DNA of 13,698 nucleotides from a virus (Duplodnaviria; Heunggongvirae; Uroviricota; Caudoviricetes): IMG/VR virus record IMGVR_UViG_2526164602_000022, positions 1 to 13,698 of that record; one strand, 5' to 3'. Shown piece by piece: positions 7,514 to 13,698 of this stretch (position 1 is its first letter; each line of letters starts with the position of its first letter). The notes under the pieces were generated by a model. It saw only the letters and a program-made list of their open reading frames with translations, ran no database searches and was not told where the DNA came from. The position numbers and the translations under genes were made by a program.

Positions 7514-9658
7514 TCAGAGCGACATTTCATTCATCCGCTGTTGTAACGTATACAGCATCTGTTGCTGAAGAACGTCCTGCTCCTGTTCCATATTCTGTAC
7601 GCCGGTAATGATTTCTGCCGTATGTGCCTGGTTAAGCGCATCCACATAACGCTGCCCCTGTGTCAGGGCGACTTCCCGCTGTGCACTGGCATTATCCCGT
7701 TGTGCAGCTGCATGTGCCCTGGCGGCGTCAGCTTCCAGTTTTGCCACTCTGCCAGCCATCTCGCGCATCTGGAGTTCTGCCTGTTGTTGCTGAAGTGCCT
7801 GTTGTTGTGCCGCTACTTCCTGTTCTTCCGGCGTCATTTCATCCGGTGATTTTGGCGTCCCCAGCGCAGCACGAATACGCTCAACAAACTCCTGTTTCTG
7901 CGGCACATCCAGAAGATTAACCCACAGGTCGAGCACAACAGCCTGCACCTGAGGCGGCAGCCCCTGAATAACCTCTGACATTCTCTGTGCAAGCTGTGCC
8001 TTAAACGCCGGTGTCTGCTGAACAGGCGCCAGCGCAATATGTGTATTTAACCTTGAAATATCATTGGTCAGTTCACCATTATCACCTTCAGCATTGAGGA
8101 CAATGGTCTGGCGACGCTGGCGATCATCGCGATTAATCACCACTGCATGATTACGGCGTTTTTTCAGGTCATCGAGAAGATAAGCCAGCAACAGTCTTCC
8201 CACCTGCTGGCAGGCAAACTGGTAGTTATCGTTGATTTCCGCAAGGGTTGTGGCCCCCTGCTCCACCAGGTTACTGATAGCCACGCCTGACGTCGCACCT
8301 GAATCCTGCCCGAGAAATGCGGAATACACTCCCATGGTATCCTGGATAAGTTTTTCCGATTCCTGCATGACCTGAAACTGCTGGCTGGCAACCTGAAAAT
8401 CCTGCTCAACCCGAAAAACATCTGCGACACTTTTCTGATTTTTTCGGACCGGATTCAGTTTAATAATGCCATCCGGACGTTCGATCTGCTCCATCAGGTC
8501 GTTGTCTGACAACTGGGTGGCATCCTCGTCCATAATCACGCGTTTGGCCTGAAGCAACCAGGTCAGCTTGATACGACGAAAATTCACCTCATCCTGTGCC
8601 GGAATGGCGCGGGAAATTAGCCCGTATGGCTCCCCGGTTTTATCCTTTCGGTATCCCCAGAAAGGAACCAGCGGAAACATCCCCTGCGGAGCACTACAGG
8701 GGCGATCCACAATAAAGTGTGGCCCGACAAACCAGGCTTCACGAATACGGCTTACCCGCCCGACTTTCACCTGAACCCGCCCGGATGCCACAGCTACCGC
8801 CTGCATCAGATTATTTTTATCAAAGGCCACCACCCGTCCATTACTGAGTTCAATCACCGGAAGACGCTCGAATGTACGGTAATAAACCACCTGAAGCAGC
8901 ACACGACGGCGTTCACGCTGAAGCCATTCGTTCTGCTGTCGATCCCATGACTGATACTCTTCCCATGCACTCATCAACGGACTGGGCTGGCCTTCAGTAA
9001 CCGTGGTATCGACAAAACCACGCCAGTCATCAATGGCATAATCGATAACCTGAGCCATTCCCGGGAATGTAGCTTTTGCCTCATCGGTATCCATCCAGCG
9101 GCGACGCATCAGCCATCGGCAGTCACTTAAATCAGCCTCCCGGCTCAGCCAGTCCCAGAAAACCTCATTCCGGCTGACAGTAGACACCTTAAATTCAGGC
9201 CCGAACGGATCGCTGTTTCGTCTGACCTCCACCCAACTGAGGCCCGCCTTGATTTGTTCCGCATAGGCATCAGAGCGGGCTTTATTCATATTGCCAAGGC
9301 GGCATGCATCGGCAAATTCAGCATTAATAGCTTCAGCCAGTTTTTCAGTTTCATCATCTGGCTCGTCTGACATCACCACCAGATCAGTCCGTGTTTTGGC
9401 CTCCATTCCCAGAACGCCATCGACGGTAGGCGCGATGAGGTTATGGATAGTCATCGGCTGACCGCGATCTTTCAGTACCTGAAGAACTTCCGGTGGCAAC
9501 TGATCGCCATCGTAATACGCACAGGCCTTGTTTGCGGCATCACGCCATTTAGGCTGGCTGTCAATATCAGAACAAAGCGCCTGTAACTGGCGCTGAGAAA
9601 AACGCGGCGTGGCTCCATTGTCGTTTTTCGTCGCCATGGTGTTAGTTTCATTTTTCAT
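7514..9658 (-). CDS. portal protein (714 aa) with a C-terminal Gln/Ala-rich coiled-coil extension
   Basis: Large ORF directly after the large terminase gene, with start overlapping the terminase stop (ATGA). Size is typical of podovirus-type portals. The C-terminal ~95 residues (QQQALQQQQAELQMREMAGRVAKLEADAARAHAAAQ...) are low-complexity helical. Confidence 0.75.
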   Translation of the reverse strand: MKNETNTMATKNDNGATPRFSQRQLQALCSDIDSQPKWRDAANKACAYYDGDQLPPEVLQVLKDRGQPMTIHNLIAPTVDGVLGMEAKTRTDLVVMSDEPDDETEKLAEAINAEFADACRLGNMNKARSDAYAEQIKAGLSWVEVRRNSDPFGPEFKVSTVSRNEVFWDWLSREADLSDCRWLMRRRWMDTDEAKATFPGMAQVIDYAIDDWRGFVDTTVTEGQPSPLMSAWEEYQSWDRQQNEWLQRERRRVLLQVVYYRTFERLPVIELSNGRVVAFDKNNLMQAVAVASGRVQVKVGRVSRIREAWFVGPHFIVDRPCSAPQGMFPLVPFWGYRKDKTGEPYGLISRAIPAQDEVNFRRIKLTWLLQAKRVIMDEDATQLSDNDLMEQIERPDGIIKLNPVRKNQKSVADVFRVEQDFQVASQQFQVMQESEKLIQDTMGVYSAFLGQDSGATSGVAISNLVEQGATTLAEINDNYQFACQQVGRLLLAYLLDDLKKRRNHAVVINRDDRQRRQTIVLNAEGDNGELTNDISRLNTHIALAPVQQTPAFKAQLAQRMSEVIQGLPPQVQAVVLDLWVNLLDVPQKQEFVERIRAALGTPKSPDEMTPEEQEVAAQQQALQQQQAELQMREMAGRVAKLEADAARAHAAAQRDNASAQREVALTQGQRYVDALNQAHTAEIITGVQNMEQEQDVLQQQMLYTLQQRMNEMSL

Positions 9659-11364
9659 CAGTGAGCCATCCAGTGTGTGGTTCTGCGTTTATCCGTTTTC
9701 TGTTTTACCCTCACCGGCATTCTGGCGCGCATCTCCTGGGCAATCATGTAGCTCATGAGCTGATCATCAAAGCAGCCTTCCTGTGCATTCATGGAGCCTT
9801 TCGCGTCATAAACGTAGGTGTTCATTTCCGATAATGTGCCTGACCAGCGGATCCCTGATATTCCATTATTCAGAAGCGTTTTCATTCCTTCGGTCAGAAC
9901 AGGTTTGCTCTGACGGGTTGTCAGCCAGCCAAGGCGGGGCGTATCGTCGTCATATGCCTGGTCAAGATGCTGTTCGTTGTAGATATAACGTGTCGGATAG
10001 AGTTCCCGGAGTTTCAGGATAACTGCATGTCCGTGATTATTACGCTCCGGCCCCACAAACGCGTTGTTATACATACGACAGACCTGCGAAATGAGATGAG
10101 CAAAAAGTTCAGCATCGAGATGCCCGAACCAGTGAGCCACCTGCTCGCCATTACTGCGTTTGACAACATCCAGCGATGAGCGGTCTCCGTGCTCCAGCCC
10201 TTCGGCAGTATCTGCCCCACAAACATACTCTTCATCCGGATCCGGCAGTTCCCATACCAGCAGATAATTCATCAGCGTCCGCTGCAACTCGTTTTTATTT
10301 CCTTCACGCAGAGACTGAGCTTTAGTCTTCGCTCCTGTAACAGGTTCAATGTCATAAACAATCATCGGTGGCGAACAGAATGATTCTGCCTGCAACGTAC
10401 TTTCGGCACTGAACACACGTCGTCCGGACGTCAGAAACGCCTCCTGTGGCGTTGAGGGAAACTCCTGCTTCATTTCCTCACGCTGTTCAGTTTCCTTATT
10501 GATGTACCACTGCTTCTGTTCATCAGTAAGCGTGATGTTCATTGCCTTCTCAACCGCAGAAAAATACGTCATTTTTTCCCGTGACAGCTTCAGCCCGCTT
10601 TCCGGCACTCTGGCGCTGTATTTAGGATCCTGCCACCAGGCGTAAAAATGGAATTTATAATCCTGTGCCGTCAGCAATAAGCCTGATGCAGTGATCTCCT
10701 GTGCTCGGTTACTCATCTCGTAAAAATCACCACCCACGCCTTCAGCAGTGGACTCATCAAAAATAATGCATTCATCAGAGACGGCATTAAGCGTACCGGT
10801 TCGCAGTTCTTTCGCCTTAGCCGGATATTTCGCGCAAATTTTGCCGTGCTCTGAGATATGCAGGCGCTGCACCGTACCTGAACGGAATGAGGTTGCCACC
10901 TGGATACTCGAGCCGTGACCAAACAGGATATAGCCACCGCTGGCACCGCTACGACGTTCAACGATGGTGAATGAGGCTCTCAGCCAGTCAGGGAGATGAT
11001 CAAACGGTACAGCAATTTTTGTGCGGAAAATTTCACTGGCAGCCTGTTTATCCTGAGCGACGATCCCGCATTTGAGATGCGGAATGAATAATGCCTGGTC
11101 GAGAAGATAAATATCAATGGCTGTGGAAAATCCCAGCTGGCGCGCTTTCAGGATAATATTTTTATTGTGCATGCTCCGGAACAACTGGCGCTGCGCCGGT
11201 CGCATTCTGAAGGTGACCAGTTCACCTTTTTCGTTCTGTATTTTGTAGAGATGATTGAGCCGCCACCAGGGATTGCTCAGTTTAGTCATGATGAACAGAC
11301 GTTGTTCAGCCTCGGTCATTTCTGACGGCTCATCACATCGCGGTTCATTCTTCCGGAATGTCAT
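9658..11364 (-). CDS. terminase large subunit (568 aa)
   Basis: Walker A-like motif ILKARQLGFST and Walker B-like IIFDES in the N-terminal ATPase region; GGGGAG RBS 5 nt before the ATG at 11362-11364; followed by the portal gene. Confidence 0.85.
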   Translation of the reverse strand: MTFRKNEPRCDEPSEMTEAEQRLFIMTKLSNPWWRLNHLYKIQNEKGELVTFRMRPAQRQLFRSMHNKNIILKARQLGFSTAIDIYLLDQALFIPHLKCGIVAQDKQAASEIFRTKIAVPFDHLPDWLRASFTIVERRSGASGGYILFGHGSSIQVATSFRSGTVQRLHISEHGKICAKYPAKAKELRTGTLNAVSDECIIFDESTAEGVGGDFYEMSNRAQEITASGLLLTAQDYKFHFYAWWQDPKYSARVPESGLKLSREKMTYFSAVEKAMNITLTDEQKQWYINKETEQREEMKQEFPSTPQEAFLTSGRRVFSAESTLQAESFCSPPMIVYDIEPVTGAKTKAQSLREGNKNELQRTLMNYLLVWELPDPDEEYVCGADTAEGLEHGDRSSLDVVKRSNGEQVAHWFGHLDAELFAHLISQVCRMYNNAFVGPERNNHGHAVILKLRELYPTRYIYNEQHLDQAYDDDTPRLGWLTTRQSKPVLTEGMKTLLNNGISGIRWSGTLSEMNTYVYDAKGSMNAQEGCFDDQLMSYMIAQEMRARMPVRVKQKTDKRRTTHWMAH

Positions 11365-12151
11365 CCAGTCTCCCCGAATTACTCATTTCATGCAGCGATG
11401 ACACGATGTCACTGACAGGCGTAACAACGCCCCGACGCTGGTTGGTCAGAATATCGGTTTCAGCTCTGAGTTTATCTCTGGCGGCGTTGATTCTTTCCCG
11501 GTCAGCACGAAGTTTTGGTGCTGTCTCAGCCAGGACGTCCAGCGTCAGCAATGAGCGTTCAATTGACTCGATACGGGCAATATTCCGGTCAAGGGCCTGT
11601 TCAGCTTTGAGTATTTTGTCGTAAAGAGCAACACGGGTTTCCACGTCAGTTGCCTCTTCCAGGTCGGCGAACATCCCTTTAAGTGCCTTAGTTACTGAAA
11701 GTGCGCGGGCCCGGGTGAACACCAGTTCATCGAACAGCACCATGTCGGACGCATCATCCATGAGGTTATCTGCCTCAAGATACTTCGCATATCCACGGTG
11801 TCTTACGGCGTGGGTGTTTCGCTGAGAAAAAGCGTTTGAAGGTGGTAAAAGTCGGGAACCACGAATCCGTTTCGTTTCTGCCGAATTTGCGCAGTTTTTT
11901 TCAGAGTTTTTTGCACATTTTTCATCGCCGGAACCCGCGTCATTGCAGGGTTCTTCATCTGAGATGTCATGATCGATTTCATGATCGGTTTTATGATCAA
12001 TTTCATGATCGATTTTGCCCATTTTTATACGGGTTCTGGCGGTGTTGTAATTAATCTTTTTCTTCCGGCACCAGTCCAGTAATGTTATTCCCGTTTCGGC
12101 ATGTTCGCGTCGGAATGCCTGCTCCAGCTTTTTCCAGTCCAGCTTTGCCAT
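11345..12151 (-). CDS. putative terminase small subunit / DNA-binding packaging protein (268 aa)
   Basis: Sits immediately upstream of and overlaps the large terminase gene by 20 nt. The N-terminus looks like a helix-turn-helix (GITLLDWCRKKKINYNTARTRI), followed by a His/Asp/Glu repeat linker (IDHEIDHKTDHEIDHD) and a C-terminal coiled coil. Confidence 0.55.
   Translation of the reverse strand: MAKLDWKKLEQAFRREHAETGITLLDWCRKKKINYNTARTRIKMGKIDHEIDHKTDHEIDHDISDEEPCNDAGSGDEKCAKNSEKNCANSAETKRIRGSRLLPPSNAFSQRNTHAVRHRGYAKYLEADNLMDDASDMVLFDELVFTRARALSVTKALKGMFADLEEATDVETRVALYDKILKAEQALDRNIARIESIERSLLTLDVLAETAPKLRADRERINAARDKLRAETDILTNQRRGVVTPVSDIVSSLHEMSNSGRLDDIPEE
11967..12014. repeat. four tandem 12-bp repeats (tcatgatcgatt-like), each carrying a GATC (Dam) site, inside the 5' part of the small terminase gene
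   Basis: Seen in sequence: tcatgatcgatt / tcatgatcggtt / ttatgatcaatt / tcatgatcgatt, in frame, encoding (I/T)DH(E/K/D) x4. A further TGATCG lies at about 12234. Confidence 0.85.
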
Positions 12152-12253
12152 GTCACGTTCTGACGTCCTGTGTTAAAAACTGATGCATAATGACCGCTGT
12201 GATTTTTCAGATTTCACACAGCAGCACCATATTTGATCGATATTTGCACAATG

Positions 12254-12278
12254 TGAACCGCCCCGGAAATCCTGGAGA
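12254..12278. repeat. left terminal inverted repeat of the IS629-like element
   Basis: tgaaccgccccggaaatcctggaga, the inverse complement of the right end. Confidence 0.7.
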
Positions 12279-12307
12279 CTAAACTCCCTGAGAAAGAGGT
12301 AAACAGG

Positions 12308-12634
12308 ATGACTAAAAATACTCGTTTTTCCCCCGAAGTCCGTCAGCGGGCGATTCGTATGGTTCTGGAAAGTCAGGATGAATATGACTCACAGTGGGCG
12401 GCAATTTGTTCCATTGCCCCAAAGATTGGCTGTACGCCGGAGACTCTGCGTGTCTGGGTTCGCCAGCATGAGCGGGATACCGGGGGCGGTGATGGTGGGC
12501 TCACCAGCGCTGAACGTCAGCGTCTGAAAGAGCTGGAACGTGAAAATCGTGAACTGCGCCGCAGTAACGATATCCTTCGCCAGGCTTCCGCTTATTTTGC
12601 GAAGGCGGAGTTCGACCGCCTCTGGAAAAAATGA
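12308..12634 (+). CDS. IS3-family transposase OrfA (helix-turn-helix / leucine-zipper component, 108 aa)
   Basis: ATG at 12308 preceded by GAGG; the C-terminal heptad pattern [21 protein letters not shown]; ends at TGA 12632-12634, overlapping the OrfB start. Confidence 0.8.
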   Translation: MTKNTRFSPEVRQRAIRMVLESQDEYDSQWAAICSIAPKIGCTPETLRVWVRQHERDTGGGDGGLTSAERQRLKELERENRELRRSNDILRQASAYFAKAEFDRLWKK

Positions 12635-13521
12635 TGCCACTGCTGGATAAGCTGCGTGAGCAGTACGGGGTCGGACCGGTATGCAGCGAACTGCATATTG
12701 CCCCGTCAACGTATTACCATTGTCAGCAACAGCGACATCATCCGGATAAACGCAGTGCCCGTGCGCAGCACGACGACTGGCTGAAGAGAGAGATACAGCG
12801 CGTATACGATGAAAATCATCAGGTGTACGGTGTGCGTAAAGTCTGGCGTCAGTTGTTACGGGAAGGAATCAGGGTGGCCAGATGTACAGTGGCACGTCTC
12901 ATGGCGGTTATGGGACTTGCCGGTGTTCTCCGGGGTAAAAAGGTCCGTACGACCATCAGCCGGAAAGCCGTTGCCGCAGGCGACCGCGTAAACCGTCAGT
13001 TCGTGGCAGAACGACCTGACCAGCTGTGGGTGGCTGATTTTACTTACGTCAGCACATGGCAGGGCTTCGTCTATGTGGCGTTTATCATTGATGTGTTTGC
13101 CGGATACATCGTGGGGTGGCGGGTCTCATCGTCTATGGAAACGACATTCGTGCTGGATGCGCTGGAGCAGGCGTTGTGGGCCCGTCGTCCGTCTGGCACC
13201 ATCCATCACAGCGATAAAGGCTCTCAGTATGTGTCACTGGCCTATACGGAGCGACTAAAAGAAGCCGGATTACTGGCATCAACAGGGAGTACAGGCGACT
13301 CGTATGACAACGCGATGGCTGAGAGCATCAATGGTCTTTACAAAGCGGAGGTAATACACCGTAAGAGCTGGAAAAACCGTGCAGAAGTGGAACTGGCCAC
13401 ACTAACGTGGGTGGACTGGTATAACAATCGACGATTGCTGGGAAGGCTGGGCCATACTCCTCCGGCAGAAGCAGAAAAAGCTTATTATGCTTCCATCGGA
13501 AACGATGATCTGGCAGCCTGA
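12631..13521 (+). CDS. IS3-family transposase OrfB (DDE catalytic domain, 296 aa; probably expressed as an OrfAB fusion by -1 frameshift)
   Basis: DDE-type motifs [17 protein letters not shown] and AESINGLYK; the reading frame is open upstream of its ATG, in the -1 frame relative to OrfA, across the A6 run at 12626-12631. Confidence 0.8.
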   Translation: MMPLLDKLREQYGVGPVCSELHIAPSTYYHCQQQRHHPDKRSARAQHDDWLKREIQRVYDENHQVYGVRKVWRQLLREGIRVARCTVARLMAVMGLAGVLRGKKVRTTISRKAVAAGDRVNRQFVAERPDQLWVADFTYVSTWQGFVYVAFIIDVFAGYIVGWRVSSSMETTFVLDALEQALWARRPSGTIHHSDKGSQYVSLAYTERLKEAGLLASTGSTGDSYDNAMAESINGLYKAEVIHRKSWKNRAEVELATLTWVDWYNNRRLLGRLGHTPPAEAEKAYYASIGNDDLAA

Positions 13522-13538
13522 GTTCACAGATAAAACAC

Positions 13539-13563
13539 TCTCCAGGAAACCCGGGGCGGTTCA
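13539..13563. repeat. right terminal inverted repeat of the IS629-like element
   Basis: tctccaggaaacccggggcggttca. Confidence 0.7.
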
Positions 13564-13698
13564 ATTATCTGTTCTGACGACATCTTCCTGCTGAAACAGC
13601 GCCTGGCCGAACAGGAAGCGCTGATCCACGCCCTGCAGGAAAAGCTGAGCAACCGGGAGCGCGAAATAGACCATCTGCAGGCGCAGCTGGATAAACTC
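13564..13698 (+). pseudogene. 5'-truncated IS66-family transposase fragment (N-terminal leucine-zipper region), cut by the IS629-like right end and running off the window
   Basis: The open frame from 13564 translates to IICSDDIFLLKQRLAEQEALIHALQEKLSNREREIDHLQAQLDKL, which resembles the leucine-zipper N-terminus of IS66-family transposases as I remember them. There is no in-frame ATG/GTG/TTG between the IS end and this segment. Confidence 0.4.

Larger units (their letters stand above)
12254..13563 (+). mobile_element. complete IS3-family insertion sequence, IS629-like (1310 bp)
   Basis: Terminal inverted repeats TGAACCGCCCCGG...CCGGGGCGGTTCA (about 25 bp with 3 mismatches); two overlapping ORFs in a 0/-1 frame arrangement; the length and the OrfA N-terminus ([15 protein letters not shown]...) match my recollection of IS629/IS1203. 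No flanking direct repeat found. Confidence 0.75.

Noticed and set aside
11967-12014. Tandem 12-bp repeats as a possible CRISPR array or minisatellite outside a gene
   Set aside because: The units are 12 bp with no spacers and lie in frame inside a coding sequence; this is far too short and too regular for CRISPR.
12152-12253. Possible hybrid promoter formed by the IS629-like left end facing the small terminase gene
   Set aside because: Only weak -35/-10-like hexamers (TTGTGC, TATGGT) with poor spacing are visible; not enough to call without transcript data.
12389-12709. Minus-strand 106-aa ORF inside the IS629-like element
   Set aside because: It is antisense to the well-supported transposase genes and has no recognisable features; likely spurious.
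1-13698. tRNA gene, attachment site or integrase marking the prophage boundary
   Set aside because: No cloverleaf-compatible tRNA-like sequence, integrase ORF or flanking direct repeat was recognised; the prophage ends are probably outside the window or removed by the IS-associated rearrangement.

Overview
Most of this window (about 65-12151) is the late structural arm of a prophage, with every gene on the minus strand, and it looks like an Enterobacteriaceae (E. coli EHEC/EPEC-like) element by inference only. Gene order from high to low coordinate is: small terminase-like DNA-binding protein, large terminase, portal, acidic scaffold-like protein, major capsid protein, a small decoration-like protein, three small uncharacterised virion genes, a long mosaic tail fiber with collagen-like Gly-X-Y repeats, a small Cys-rich ORF, and an AT-rich cargo gene resembling an NleG-family U-box effector. 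No tape-measure, tail tube or sheath gene lies between capsid and tail fiber, so the particle is either short-tailed or the tail genes lie elsewhere. The right end (12254-13563) is a complete 1310-bp IS3-family insertion sequence resembling IS629, with no obvious target-site duplication, followed by a 5'-truncated IS66-family transposase fragment. I found no convincing novel defence system; the items most worth follow-up are the effector cargo gene, a GATC-rich tandem repeat in the small terminase gene that may be a pac site, and the IS-mediated truncation. No tRNA, rRNA or CRISPR array was seen. All family assignments are from reading the translations without any database search, and coordinates of non-ORF features may be off by 1-2 nt.
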